Shown piece by piece: positions 26,298 to 36,621 of a stretch of 64,000 nt of DNA (position 1 is its first letter; every line of letters starts with the position of its first letter). Where the stretch lies: NCBI GenBank assembly GCA_045579085.1, contig JAZNLO010000010.1, forward strand, positions 12,163-76,162. Reading direction: 5' to 3'. The notes below the pieces were generated by a model that saw only the letters and a program-made list of their open reading frames with translations, had not been told where the DNA came from and searched no databases. This DNA is from Acutalibacteraceae bacterium. Lineage in GTDB: Bacteria > Bacillota > Clostridia > Oscillospirales > Acutalibacteraceae. The position numbers and the translations under genes are program-made.

Positions 26298-27508
26298 TAA
26301 AGAAACCTGAACTGCTGTGTCCTGCGGGAGATTTAACACGGCTTATTTGCGCCGTAGACTTCGGTGCAGACGCAGTGTATTTGGCAGGCCGAGAGTTCGG
26401 TATGCGAACAGCGGCAGATAATTTCAGCCTTGAGGAGCTTGAAAAGGGCATAGAGTATGCCCACGAGCACTCCGTAAAGGTTTACATAACATGCAATGTA
26501 ACTCCGCACAATGACGAGGTAGACCGCTTGGCAGATTTTGCTGAGCAGGCATATAAGCTCGGCGCAGATGCGTTTATCGTTGGCGATATTGGCAGTATAA
26601 GCGCTATAAAGGAGCGCGTACCCGATGCTGTTATACACGCATCGGTGCAGTCGGGTGTTACAAATTATCGCACAGCCAATATGCTCAAAGACTTGGGCGC
26701 AAGCAGAGTTGTGCTTGCAAGAGAGCTGAGCATTGACGAGATAGCCGAAATTCGCGCAAAAACGTCGCCCGAGCTTGAGTTTGAAAGCTTTGTGCACGGA
26801 GCAATGTGCGTATCGTATTCGGGCAGATGCCTTCTTTCAAGCTATATGACGGGCAGAGATGCCAATCATGGCGACTGTGCACAGCCTTGCAGATGGAGCT
26901 ATAGCTTGATGGAGCAGACCCGTCCGGGCAGATATTACGACATCACCGAAACCGACAAGGGCACTTATATTCTCAACGCAAACGATTTGTGTATGGCTGA
27001 GCACCTTGCAAAGCTTGCGAAGGCGGGCGTGCATAGCTTCAAAATCGAGGGTCGTGCAAAGTCGCACTACTATGTTGCGGTTGCCACAAATGCGTATAGG
27101 GGAGCGGTTGATGCATATATCGCAAACCCTGATGCACCTGTACCCGAATGGGTCATAGACGAGCTTGGCAAGATAAGCCACAGAACTTATTCAACAGGCT
27201 TTTATTTTGGTAAGCCTGAAAGTTCTCAAACCTATGAAACAGCAGGGTATATAAGAAATTACTCTGTTGCCGCTGTGGTTGAGGGATATGAGGACGGCTG
27301 CATAGTTGCTTCGCTTAAAAACAAGTTTGCAGCGGGCACAACGCTCGATTGCCTTGAGGCAAGAAAAGAGCCGTTTTTTGTTGATACAACAGTGCTGCTT
27401 GATGAATGTGGAGAGCAGATTGAGGTAGCGAATAAGCCAACAATGATAATAAAGATTCCATATCATACACCTGTTGCGGCAGGCTCGTTTTTGAGAATGA
27501 AGTCTTAA
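26294..27508 (+). CDS. peptidase U32-family protein (YrrO/TrhP-like RNA hydroxylation family)
   Basis: Contains KPELLCPAGD and a conserved Cys cluster, CVSYSGRCLLS..HGDCAQPC. The ATG at 26294 overlaps the mltG stop. Confidence 0.8.
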   Translation: MIKKPELLCPAGDLTRLICAVDFGADAVYLAGREFGMRTAADNFSLEELEKGIEYAHEHSVKVYITCNVTPHNDEVDRLADFAEQAYKLGADAFIVGDIGSISAIKERVPDAVIHASVQSGVTNYRTANMLKDLGASRVVLARELSIDEIAEIRAKTSPELEFESFVHGAMCVSYSGRCLLSSYMTGRDANHGDCAQPCRWSYSLMEQTRPGRYYDITETDKGTYILNANDLCMAEHLAKLAKAGVHSFKIEGRAKSHYYVAVATNAYRGAVDAYIANPDAPVPEWVIDELGKISHRTYSTGFYFGKPESSQTYETAGYIRNYSVAAVVEGYEDGCIVASLKNKFAAGTTLDCLEARKEPFFVDTTVLLDECGEQIEVANKPTMIIKIPYHTPVAAGSFLRMKS

Positions 27509-27583
27509 TTTAAAGTGCAAAGCCGTCGGGTAAAATCCCGACAGCAGCTATATTATGTAAACTAAAATATCAAGGTGTAAGTT

Positions 27584-28939
27584 ATGCAAAAAAACGATAA
27601 AGTAAAACTTGATATAACAGCTATGAGCGCAGACGGCAACGGTATAGGCAAGGTAGACTCGATGGTTGTGTTTGTGCCTATGACAGCGGTTGGGGACACG
27701 GTTGAGGCGCACATAATAAAGGTTACAAAGTCTTATGCAGTCGGCAAGCTTGAGAGGATACTGACCGAGTCAGAGGACAGAATCGAGAACGATTGCAGCG
27801 TGTTTAAGCAGTGCGGCGGCTGCGTTTACAGGCATATAAGCTATGAAGCCGAGTGCGAAATAAAGCGCCGCAGAGTTGAGGACTGCATAAAGCGCATCGG
27901 CGGTATAGACATAGAGGTTGACACTGTTTTAAGCGGTGAGAGTTCCAATTACAGAAACAAGGCGCAGTACCCCGTCGGCGAGGGCGCAAACGGCGCACTC
28001 ATCGGATTTTACGCGCCGAGAAGCCACAGGATAATAGACTGCAGAAAATGCGCCTTGCAGCCTGCCGACTTTGAAAAGGTGCTTGACGTATTTGACTGCT
28101 TCATTGAAAAGACAGGCATTTCAATATATAACGAGCAGACAGGCAAGGGCACCTTGCGACACATTTATATACGCAAGGCAGAAACTACGGGTGAAACAAT
28201 GGTTTGCGCAGTAATAAACGCAAACAAGCTCGAAAACAGCGAACTGCTCGTTGAAATGCTGAAACAGGCACTCGGAAGCAACCTTAAAACAGTGGTGCTT
28301 AATATCAACAAGGCGGATACAAACGTTATATTGTCTAATAAATGCATTAACATTTACGGCGACGGCTATATAAATGACACCCTCTGCTCCGTAAAGGTGC
28401 GACTTAATGCGCTCTCGTTTTATCAGGTTAATCACAATATGGCGCAGCGGCTTTACGCACTCGCGGGCGAGTATGCGGGCGAGGGTAACGTGCTGCTCGA
28501 CTTGTATTGCGGAGCGGGCACTATTGGCTTGTCTATGGCGAAAAGGTTTAAAAAGGTGCTCGGTGTTGAGGTTGTTGCGCAAGCGGTCGAGGACGCAAAG
28601 TATAACGCCGAAATCAACAAAATCTCAAACGCCGAGTTTATATGCTCGGATGCGTATAAGGCGGCAAAGGAGCTTGAGCGTGATGGACTGTTGCCCGATG
28701 TAGTAATCGTAGACCCGCCACGAAAAGGCTTAGAGAAGGGACTGCCGCTGCACATAGCAAGCAAAATGAAACCGAAACGGATTGTGTACGTGTCTTGCGA
28801 CCCTGCCACTTTAGCGCGTGATTTAGCGGCGTTTGACGAGGCGGGCTACAAAACGCTAAGGGCAACAGCAGTGGATATGTTCCCGAGAACATCTCACGTA
28901 GAAACTGTATGCTTGCTTGAGAGGGAGGAAAAAGCGTGA
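27584..28939 (+). CDS. 23S rRNA (uracil-C5)-methyltransferase, RlmD/RlmCD (RumA) family with TRAM domain
   Basis: The N-terminal TRAM domain is followed by the 4-Cys cluster C..CGGC. SAM motifs DLYCGAGTIG and VDPPRKG are present, along with the catalytic YVSCDP. Confidence 0.85.
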   Translation: MQKNDKVKLDITAMSADGNGIGKVDSMVVFVPMTAVGDTVEAHIIKVTKSYAVGKLERILTESEDRIENDCSVFKQCGGCVYRHISYEAECEIKRRRVEDCIKRIGGIDIEVDTVLSGESSNYRNKAQYPVGEGANGALIGFYAPRSHRIIDCRKCALQPADFEKVLDVFDCFIEKTGISIYNEQTGKGTLRHIYIRKAETTGETMVCAVINANKLENSELLVEMLKQALGSNLKTVVLNINKADTNVILSNKCINIYGDGYINDTLCSVKVRLNALSFYQVNHNMAQRLYALAGEYAGEGNVLLDLYCGAGTIGLSMAKRFKKVLGVEVVAQAVEDAKYNAEINKISNAEFICSDAYKAAKELERDGLLPDVVIVDPPRKGLEKGLPLHIASKMKPKRIVYVSCDPATLARDLAAFDEAGYKTLRATAVDMFPRTSHVETVCLLEREEKA

Positions 28940-30090
28940 TTAGAGCGGATGCGAAATGTCCAAACCGCAAAAAGTGCGGCGGCTGTCAACTGCAGAATAT
29001 GACGTATGAGCGTCAGCTCAGCTTTAAACAGGTTAAGGTTATAAAGCTGCTGGGACGTTATCACCACGTAAGCGAGATAATCGGAATGGAATATCCGTAC
29101 AACTATCGCAACAAGGTGCAAGCGGCGTTCGGCGAACGCGGAGGGCAGATGATATCAGGTATATATCAGTCCTCAACGCATAATATAGTGCCTGTTGACA
29201 GTTGTATGATAGAGGATATAAAGGCAGACCAGATAGTAGTGACGATACGCAAACTGGCTAAGAGCTTCAAATTGCGAGCGTTTAACGATACCTCGATGCG
29301 TGGCTTTTTGCGTCACGTGTTGATAAAGCGAGGCTTTTCAACAGGTCAAACAATGGTTGTGCTGGTAACGTCAGAGAGCACGTTCCCGTCGGCGTCAAAG
29401 TTCGTAAACGCACTGCTTGAGCGTCACCCCGATATCACCACTATCGTGCAAAACGTGAATAATAAGCGTACAAGTCTCGTGCTCGGCGAACACAGCAGAA
29501 CGCTTTACGGCAGCGGATATATCGAGGATACCTTGTGCGGCTGCAGATTCAGAATTTCACCGAAAGCGTTTTATCAGATAAATCCCATTCAAACCGAGAT
29601 ATTGTATTCAAAAGCTATGGAATACGCAGAGCTCGACGGCACACAAACCGTAATAGATGCGTATTGCGGAACGGGAACAATAGGCATAATTGCAGCAAGA
29701 AACGCTGAGAAAGTAATAGGTGTAGAGCTTAATTCGGACGCCGTCAAGGATGCTAAGGTTAACGCTGAGCTGAACGACGTCAAGAACATCGAGTTTTATG
29801 AGGACGATGCAGGCAAATTTATGGTTAAGGCGGCTCAGTCGGGCTTTAAGTGCGACGTTGTTATTATGGACCCGCCACGTGCAGGCGCAACGTTAGAATT
29901 CTTACGCTCGCTTGTAACGCTTAACCCCAAAAGGATTGTTTATATATCGTGCAACCCTGAAACTCAGGCACGCGACTTGTCGTATATTACAAGGAAAGGC
30001 TACAAGGTAAGAAGAATCCAACCGGTAGATATGTTCCCACACACAGAGCACGTGGAAACGGTAGTGCTGCTGGAAAGAATCATCAAATAA
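28936..30090 (+). CDS. RNA (uracil-C5)-methyltransferase, RumA/TrmA family paralogue lacking TRAM
   Basis: The GTG start overlaps the upstream stop (GTGA). Contains CPNRKKCGGCQLQ, DAYCGTGTIG, MDPPRAG and YISCNP. Confidence 0.85.
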   Translation: MIRADAKCPNRKKCGGCQLQNMTYERQLSFKQVKVIKLLGRYHHVSEIIGMEYPYNYRNKVQAAFGERGGQMISGIYQSSTHNIVPVDSCMIEDIKADQIVVTIRKLAKSFKLRAFNDTSMRGFLRHVLIKRGFSTGQTMVVLVTSESTFPSASKFVNALLERHPDITTIVQNVNNKRTSLVLGEHSRTLYGSGYIEDTLCGCRFRISPKAFYQINPIQTEILYSKAMEYAELDGTQTVIDAYCGTGTIGIIAARNAEKVIGVELNSDAVKDAKVNAELNDVKNIEFYEDDAGKFMVKAAQSGFKCDVVIMDPPRAGATLEFLRSLVTLNPKRIVYISCNPETQARDLSYITRKGYKVRRIQPVDMFPHTEHVETVVLLERIIK

Positions 30091-31120
30091 CATTCTGCTT
30101 GATGAGTTCTTTTGCAATTGATGCGGCGAACGGGGTAAAGATAAGCCCTGCAATGCCGAAAACCTTATAACCGATAAACATACAAATCAACACAGTAAGG
30201 GGGCTTAGTTTAATCTTAGCCCCTATTATTTTTGGCTCGACGAAGTGCCTTACAACAGAAACTGCAAGATACACTACAACCAACCCGATTCCCATAAAAA
30301 AGTTGTGCTTTAACAGCTCAACAATCGACCAGGGAATCAGTACGGTGCCCACGCCAAACAGCGGCAAAATATCAACCAAAGCCGTCAGAGCGGCTATTAC
30401 TACAGGCTGTTTTACGCCCAGAACGAAAAATGCTAGCAAAAGCTCAAAGAATGTTATGCTAAGCAGAATGCCGTAGCCCTTTGTAATCATAACGGTTTTC
30501 TCGATTGTGATGCTTCTTGTTTGCGAAAGCTTTGTAAAATTCTCTTTAGATATGGTTTGAGAGATAAACGAGCGCAGCTTATAGTAATCGGCGGAAACGA
30601 TATATGATGCAATCACTGTTACGATTATAGTTATAAATGAGGAGGGGAGCTGACCTGCCGTTCCCGTTAAAAGAGAGGTTAAATTAGTCATAAGCTCGCC
30701 AAGCAATGCGCTTGGAGCCTCGCTTATGGCTTGCGACAGAGACGGCAGAATGTTAGCATTGAAAGCGGCAAACAGCTTGCTGAATTCGTTTACCCATTCT
30801 TGAACTGCTTTCATAGCGCTTGGCAACTTTTCAACCGCAACCTGAGCAGCGGCATACAGTTGATACACGCCAAAGAAAAGCACGCTCATTAGAATAAGCA
30901 GAGCAAAGGTTACGGTTATCACAGAGCATATTTTTCTCGGGATTTTCGTCCGCTTTTGCAGAGCGTCAATAGGCTTGCGGGTCAGTTCGGCGATAATCAC
31001 CGCTATGATAAACGGGAGTATGATTTTCAATAGATATTTAAACACCAGATATATCAAGCTTATGATGACTGCAACATATAATATTTTGTAGAGGTTGTTT
31101 TTGGCGTTTGTAATCTGCAT
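30083..31120 (-). CDS. ytvI: AI-2E-family transporter / sporulation integral membrane protein YtvI-like
   Basis: 345-aa polytopic protein with a C-terminal half typical of AI-2E/PerM proteins (LPLFGVGTVLIPW). Confidence 0.7.
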   Translation of the reverse strand: MQITNAKNNLYKILYVAVIISLIYLVFKYLLKIILPFIIAVIIAELTRKPIDALQKRTKIPRKICSVITVTFALLILMSVLFFGVYQLYAAAQVAVEKLPSAMKAVQEWVNEFSKLFAAFNANILPSLSQAISEAPSALLGELMTNLTSLLTGTAGQLPSSFITIIVTVIASYIVSADYYKLRSFISQTISKENFTKLSQTRSITIEKTVMITKGYGILLSITFFELLLAFFVLGVKQPVVIAALTALVDILPLFGVGTVLIPWSIVELLKHNFFMGIGLVVVYLAVSVVRHFVEPKIIGAKIKLSPLTVLICMFIGYKVFGIAGLIFTPFAASIAKELIKQNVI

Positions 31121-31181
31121 AATTTAAGCCTCCGCAGTAAATTTAGGATATATTTATGTATTATTATTTGCATATTATTCT

Positions 31182-31210
31182 TGATTAAGCAAAAACGATG
31201 TGTTATAATG
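31182..31210 (+). promoter_or_regulatory. sigma-A-type promoter for hom and aspartate kinase
   Basis: TTGATT, 17-nt spacer, TATAAT, with TGn. Confidence 0.55.
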
Positions 31211-31250
31211 TTTTATCAACAATTATTTTCTCCTAAAAGGAGTGAGGAAA

Positions 31251-32474
31251 ATGGTAGATATCGCTATAATGGGGCACGGAACGGTAGGCTCAGGTGTTGT
31301 TGAGGTTTTAAAGCACAACTGTGACAGTATCACAAAGCGCGCCGGCGAGGAAATCAATATTAAACATATCCTTGATTTAAGAGATTTTCCTGATAGCCCT
31401 TATGCAGATAAGTTCATAAAAGACTTTGCTGTTATTGAGCGTGATACAGACGTAAAGATTGTCGTTGAGTGTATGGGCGGTCTGCGTCCTGCGTATGATT
31501 TTGTAAAGCGCTGCTTGCTTTCTGGAAAGAGCGTTGTCACGTCAAATAAGGAGCTGATGGCAACAAAGGGCTGTGAGCTTTTAAGCATAGCAAAGGAAAG
31601 AAACCTTAACATATTGTTTGAGGCGAGCGTAGGCGGCGGTATTCCGATAATTCGCCCGATGGTGCAGTGCCTTGCCGCAAACGAGATAAGCGACATTGTG
31701 GGCATATTAAACGGCACCACAAACTTCATCTTGACAAAGATGTTCAAGGAAGGAATGTCGTTTGAGCAGGCTCTGGCAATGGCTCAGGAAAACGGCTACG
31801 CAGAGCGTGACCCGTCAGCAGATGTTGACGGAATAGATGCTTGCAGAAAAATCGCAATACTTGCATCGCTCGCATTTGGCAAGCACGTCAATCCCGACTT
31901 AATCAGCACCGTTGGCATAACGGGTATAACGCTTGCTGACGTAAGCTATGCTGAAAAGTGGGGCGGCGTAATCAAGCTGATAGGCAGAGTGCGCAAGTAT
32001 GAGGACGGCACAATTCTGCCGACTGTATACCCTGCATTCATTCCCAAATACAGCCAGCTTTCATCGGTTGACGATGTGTTCAACGCAATTATGGTGCGTG
32101 GCGATGCAACCGGCGAGGTAATGTTTTACGGCAGAGGCGCAGGCAAGCTTCCCACAGCCAGCGCAGTAGTAGCAGACGTAGTTGACTGCGTAAAGCATAT
32201 CACAGCACGTAAGTATGTCTATTGGGGTGAAAGTGAGGACGGCTATATCAGAGACCACAACCTTGCCTACGGCGAGCTGTTTGTTCGCGCTAAGGTTGCA
32301 AACTATGATGAAGCGCTTAAGTTAATAAATCAAGAGTTCAACGTTCAGACTGTGCTCAGTGAGTCAGGCGAAGAGTTGGCATTTATCACAGCGGGCGTGG
32401 AAAAGGAAACCGTCGACAAGTTGAACGCTTGTCAGAGCATAGAGGTAAAATCAGTAATCCACGTGCTTGATTGA
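31251..32474 (+). CDS. hom: homoserine dehydrogenase
   Basis: The Rossmann motif is IMGHGTVGSGV. The catalytic region and a C-terminal ACT-like domain are present. Confidence 0.9.
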   Translation: MVDIAIMGHGTVGSGVVEVLKHNCDSITKRAGEEINIKHILDLRDFPDSPYADKFIKDFAVIERDTDVKIVVECMGGLRPAYDFVKRCLLSGKSVVTSNKELMATKGCELLSIAKERNLNILFEASVGGGIPIIRPMVQCLAANEISDIVGILNGTTNFILTKMFKEGMSFEQALAMAQENGYAERDPSADVDGIDACRKIAILASLAFGKHVNPDLISTVGITGITLADVSYAEKWGGVIKLIGRVRKYEDGTILPTVYPAFIPKYSQLSSVDDVFNAIMVRGDATGEVMFYGRGAGKLPTASAVVADVVDCVKHITARKYVYWGESEDGYIRDHNLAYGELFVRAKVANYDEALKLINQEFNVQTVLSESGEELAFITAGVEKETVDKLNACQSIEVKSVIHVLD

Positions 32475-32492
32475 TAAAACTGGAGGTAGCAT

Positions 32493-33686
32493 ATGGCATT
32501 AATAGTACAAAAATTCGGCGGCAGCTCAGTTGCAAACGCAGAGCGCGTAATGAACGTTGCCCGCATAATAACAGACACATATAAGGCCGGCAACAGCGTT
32601 GTTGTTGCGGTTTCAGCACAGGGCGACACAACTGACGACCTTATTGAAAAAGCAAACGAGATAAATCCTGAGGCATCAAAGCGTGAGATGGATATGCTTT
32701 TGTCGGCAGGCGAGCAGATATCAATTGCTCTGCTTGCAATGGCGATTGAAAAGCTCGGATATCCTGTTGTTTCGCTTTTGGGCTGGCAGGCAGGTGTTCA
32801 GACCGATTCGAATTACGGCATAGCAAAGATAAAAACCGTAACGTCTGAAAGACTGTCCACAGAGCTTGCAAAGAAAAACATAGTCATCGTTGCGGGCTTT
32901 CAGGGTATCAACAAGTTTGAAGACATAACCACACTTGGACGAGGCGGTTCTGATACAAGCGCAGTAGCGTTAGCGTGCGCGCTCAACGCAGATAAGTGCC
33001 AGATATACACCGACGTAGACGGTGTATACACCGCAGACCCAAGAAAAGTTACAGGCACCAAGAAGCTCGACGAGATAACCTATGACGAGATGCTTGAGCT
33101 TGCAACACTCGGAGCACAGGTGCTCCATAACCGTTCGGTTGAAATGGCGAAAAAATATGGGATTGCAATTGAGGTTTTAAGCAGCCTTGAGCGCAAACCC
33201 GGAACAATTGTTAAGGAGAGCGTCAAAATGGAAAAAATGTTGGTAAGAGGTGTCGCAAAGGACACCGACGTAGCAAGAATATCAGTGGTTGGACTGCCTG
33301 ACACACCGGGCGTAGCCTTCAAGCTTTTTGACCGCCTTGCAAAGAGAAAGACAAACGTTGATATCATTCTCCAGTCAGTCGGCAGAGACGGCACAAAGGA
33401 TATCACCTTTACAGTAGCTAAGGGTCAGGCAAAGGGCGCTCTTGAGGCGATTGCCGAAATGTTTGACGGTAAGGTAATTTGCGATGAAAACGTTGCAAAG
33501 ATATCTATTGTCGGAGCAGGAATGGAAACCCATCCCGGTGTAGCGGCAAAAATGTTTGAGGCATTGTATGAGTGCGGAATCAACATTCAAATGATAGCAA
33601 CAAGCGAGATAAAGGTATCAGTTCTTATAGACCTTAAAGACGCAGACAAAGCGTGCCAAGCGGTTCATGATGCGTTTATAAAGTAA
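32493..33686 (+). CDS. aspartate kinase
   Basis: Starts MALIVQKFGGSS, contains GRGGSDT, and has two C-terminal ACT domains. Confidence 0.92.
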   Translation: MALIVQKFGGSSVANAERVMNVARIITDTYKAGNSVVVAVSAQGDTTDDLIEKANEINPEASKREMDMLLSAGEQISIALLAMAIEKLGYPVVSLLGWQAGVQTDSNYGIAKIKTVTSERLSTELAKKNIVIVAGFQGINKFEDITTLGRGGSDTSAVALACALNADKCQIYTDVDGVYTADPRKVTGTKKLDEITYDEMLELATLGAQVLHNRSVEMAKKYGIAIEVLSSLERKPGTIVKESVKMEKMLVRGVAKDTDVARISVVGLPDTPGVAFKLFDRLAKRKTNVDIILQSVGRDGTKDITFTVAKGQAKGALEAIAEMFDGKVICDENVAKISIVGAGMETHPGVAAKMFEALYECGINIQMIATSEIKVSVLIDLKDADKACQAVHDAFIK

Positions 33687-33699
33687 TATTTGCATAACG

Positions 33700-33733
33700 A
33701 AACCGCAGTTGAGTATATATCAACTGCGGTTTT
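33700..33733 (+). terminator. terminator after aspartate kinase
   Basis: aaaccgcagttga gtatata tcaactgcggtttt. Confidence 0.8.
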
Positions 33734-33750
33734 CTGCATAGGAGAAGTAA

Positions 33751-34974
33751 ATGACTTTATATGATATTTTAGTTATTGGCGGCGGCGCATCAGGAATGAT
33801 GGCGGCAATAACCGCCAAGAGCGAAGCGCCTCATATGAGCGTTGCTGTTTTAGAGGGACAAAACAGGGTAGGCAAAAAACTGCTCACCACAGGCAACGGA
33901 CGTTGCAACCTCACTAATACGGGCATTGATATCTCACGTTATCATAGCGAGAGTCCCGATTTGGTTAAGCTTGTGCTCGATGCCTTCGATAAGGCTAAAA
34001 CGGAGGAGTTTTTCGGCTCGCTTGGAATATTGTTCAAAGAGGGTGAAAACGGCAAGCTCTTTCCGTTTTCACTTCAGGCGGCATCAGTTGTGAACGCTTT
34101 GCGCTTAAAATGCGAGAGCATCGGCGTGGAGATTATCACTGACGCAAAGGTGGAGAAAATCAGCAAGGAGCTTGTGGTGAAAACCGCTCAGGGTGATTTT
34201 AAGGGTAAGGCTGTTATTGTTGCTTGCGGCGGTTGTTCTGCTAAGAACACAGGCTCCGACGGAAGCGGCTTCGAGTTGTTGCGCTCGTTAGGACATAGCT
34301 GCACAACGCTCTATCCCGCCATAACTCCAATCCGCACCGAAACTGCACCTATAAAAGCGGCAAAGGGAGCCAAAACTGTTTGCGCGCTCAGAGCGCAGTC
34401 GGGCGACGAGGTGCGCACAGAATTTGGCGAGGTTTTGTTCACGGAATACGGAATATCAGGCCCGCCTGTGTTGCAGCTTTCGGGCTTTGCGGCATCGCAT
34501 AAAAATGTCAAAATCAGCTTGGATATGCTGCCTGAAATGACACAGGACGAGCTGTTTAAATATGTCTTTTCACGTAAAGATAACGTGTTTGAGGACAGAA
34601 TGGAAAACCTGTTTTTAGGTTTGTTGCCAAAGCCGATAAGCCTCATTGTGCTTAAATACTGCGGTATGAACGTTAACGATAGCTGTATTGCGCTTGAAAA
34701 ACGCAGTATATCAAAGCTTGTAAATGCAGTCAAGGCATTAACCTTAGACGTAACAGGCGTGTGTGGATATGACTCAGCGCAGGTCACTGCAGGGGGAATA
34801 AGACTTAGCGAGTTTGATTCGTTCCTCTGCTCAAAAGTGGCAAGAGGCGTGTTTGCGTGCGGCGAGGTGCTTGACGTTTACGGCGACTGCGGCGGCTTTA
34901 ATCTGCAGTGGGCGTGGTCGAGCGGACATATAGCAGGTCGTGCAGCGAGCTTATTTGCGGGGAAAAACGTATGA
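33751..34974 (+). CDS. HI0933/BaiN-family NAD(P)/FAD-dependent oxidoreductase
   Basis: Contains VIGGGASGMMAA, GNGRCNLTN and a C-terminal GGFNLQWAWSSG. Confidence 0.8.
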   Translation: MTLYDILVIGGGASGMMAAITAKSEAPHMSVAVLEGQNRVGKKLLTTGNGRCNLTNTGIDISRYHSESPDLVKLVLDAFDKAKTEEFFGSLGILFKEGENGKLFPFSLQAASVVNALRLKCESIGVEIITDAKVEKISKELVVKTAQGDFKGKAVIVACGGCSAKNTGSDGSGFELLRSLGHSCTTLYPAITPIRTETAPIKAAKGAKTVCALRAQSGDEVRTEFGEVLFTEYGISGPPVLQLSGFAASHKNVKISLDMLPEMTQDELFKYVFSRKDNVFEDRMENLFLGLLPKPISLIVLKYCGMNVNDSCIALEKRSISKLVNAVKALTLDVTGVCGYDSAQVTAGGIRLSEFDSFLCSKVARGVFACGEVLDVYGDCGGFNLQWAWSSGHIAGRAASLFAGKNV

Positions 34975-36542
34975 TAATCATAAGAAACATCAAGGTGCCG
35001 CTTGATGAGGCGGACAACCTTAGAAAAATATGTGCTGATGCGCTTAGATGCGATTCTCAGCTGATAAAAAGCTGCAAACTCGTTAAACGCTCGGTTGATG
35101 CAAGGAAGAAAAACAATGGTCACTTCGTTTACACCTTGCTCGCAGACGTTGCTGACGAGTTCAGACTTGTTAGACGCTGCAAGTCGGCTGAAATATATAC
35201 AGAGCCGAAAGATGAGCCGCTTGTACCGCTGCGTGACCGTTCAAAGCTGCCGCCCGTCGTGGTAGGCAGTGGACCTGCAGGATTGTTTGCAGCGTTGACT
35301 TTAGCGCAAAACGGCTATAAGCCCATACTTATCGAGCGTGGCAAAAGCGTTGATGATAGAAAAAAAGCGGTTGAGCGTTTTTGGTGCGAGCATCTGCTTG
35401 ATACAGAAACTAATGTGCAGTTTGGCGAGGGCGGCGCAGGCACATTTTCAGACGGCAAGCTCAACACAGGCACAAAGGATTTAAGAATAAAGCAAGTGTT
35501 AAGCACCTTTGCGGAGTTTGGTGCGCCTGAAAACATCCTGTATGATGCCCAGCCGCATATAGGCACAGACCTCTTGTCAGAGGTGATAAAGAATATCCGT
35601 AACTGCATAATTGAGCTTGGCGGAAGCGTTATGTTTGAAACCAAACTGACGGATATCACCTTTGAAAACGGGGTTAAGAGCGTCACCTGTCTTAGCAAGT
35701 CGGGTGAGAGCAAAATCGAGTGCGACAGCGTCGTTTTAGCAATAGGACACAGTGCCAGAGATACGTTTTTGATGCTCGAGCAAAAGGGCGTGCCGATGGA
35801 GCCTAAGCCGTTTTCGGTGGGCGTCAGAATTGAGCATCTGCAAAGCAGTATCAATTTGGCAAGGTACGGAGATTTTGCATCGCATCGAGCGTTGTCGGCT
35901 GCCAGTTATAAGCTTGCCGCTCATATAGGCGACAGAGGGGTGTATACCTTTTGTATGTGCCCCGGCGGAGTGGTTGTGGCAGCCGCGAGCGAGCCTGAAA
36001 CAGTGGTCACAAACGGAATGAGCTATAACGCTCGTGACGGCAAAAATGCAAACAGTGCCTTGCTTGTAGGCGTAGGACAAAAGGACTTCGGCGGTGACGA
36101 TGCGCTTGCAGGCGTCAGATTTCAACAGATGCTTGAGCGCAAAGCGTTTGATTTAAGCGGTTCGTACAAGGCGCCTTGTCAGCGAGTAGGCGACTTTTTG
36201 CAAAACAAAAAAACCGCAACCTTCGGCAGCGTAAAGCCAAGTTTTACTGCTGGGGTAGAGGCGGCGAACATTTGTGATATTCTGCCTGACTATGTAACCG
36301 ATACGATAAAGCAGGGCTTGAGCGAGTTTGGCAAAAGCATAAACGGCTTTGATGCAGAGGATGCAGTCCTGACTGCGCCCGAAACACGCAGTTCATCGCC
36401 TGTCAGAATTTTGCGAGATGACAGCTTGCAGTCGTTCAGAGGATTGTACCCGTGCGGCGAGGGCGCAGGCTATGCAGGCGGTATTATGTCCGCAGCGGTA
36501 GACGGAATACGTTGCGCCGAAAAAATAATGCTTACTAAATAG
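34971..36542 (+). CDS. FAD-dependent protein (COG2509-type NAD(FAD)-utilising dehydrogenase)
   Basis: The ATG overlaps the upstream stop (ATGA). Contains VVGSGPAGLFAAL and GEGAGYAGGIMSAAVDG. Confidence 0.75.
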   Translation: MIIIRNIKVPLDEADNLRKICADALRCDSQLIKSCKLVKRSVDARKKNNGHFVYTLLADVADEFRLVRRCKSAEIYTEPKDEPLVPLRDRSKLPPVVVGSGPAGLFAALTLAQNGYKPILIERGKSVDDRKKAVERFWCEHLLDTETNVQFGEGGAGTFSDGKLNTGTKDLRIKQVLSTFAEFGAPENILYDAQPHIGTDLLSEVIKNIRNCIIELGGSVMFETKLTDITFENGVKSVTCLSKSGESKIECDSVVLAIGHSARDTFLMLEQKGVPMEPKPFSVGVRIEHLQSSINLARYGDFASHRALSAASYKLAAHIGDRGVYTFCMCPGGVVVAAASEPETVVTNGMSYNARDGKNANSALLVGVGQKDFGGDDALAGVRFQQMLERKAFDLSGSYKAPCQRVGDFLQNKKTATFGSVKPSFTAGVEAANICDILPDYVTDTIKQGLSEFGKSINGFDAEDAVLTAPETRSSSPVRILRDDSLQSFRGLYPCGEGAGYAGGIMSAAVDGIRCAEKIMLTK

Positions 36543-36558
36543 CAGAAAAATACGGCGA

Positions 36559-36587
36559 TTGACATTAGGTTTTGCCAATGATAAAAT
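36559..36587 (+). promoter_or_regulatory. sigma-A-type promoter for pyrR
   Basis: TTGACA, 17-nt spacer, TAAAAT, with TGn. The leader is only about 30 nt. Confidence 0.55.
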
Positions 36588-36621
36588 ATACTTTGATATA
36601 AGATTTATGTTGTGGGGTAAA

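Noticed and set aside
27523-27545. Hairpin gccgtcggg taaaat cccgacagc after the U32 gene as an intrinsic terminator
   Set aside because: The stem is plausible but no U-tract follows. I left it uncalled, so co-transcription with the methyltransferase genes remains open.
31121-31250. SAM, lysine or T-box leader upstream of hom and aspartate kinase (also the 18-nt hom-ask gap)
   Set aside because: The promoter at 31182-31210 leaves a leader of about 35 nt, and no conserved riboswitch core sequences were visible.
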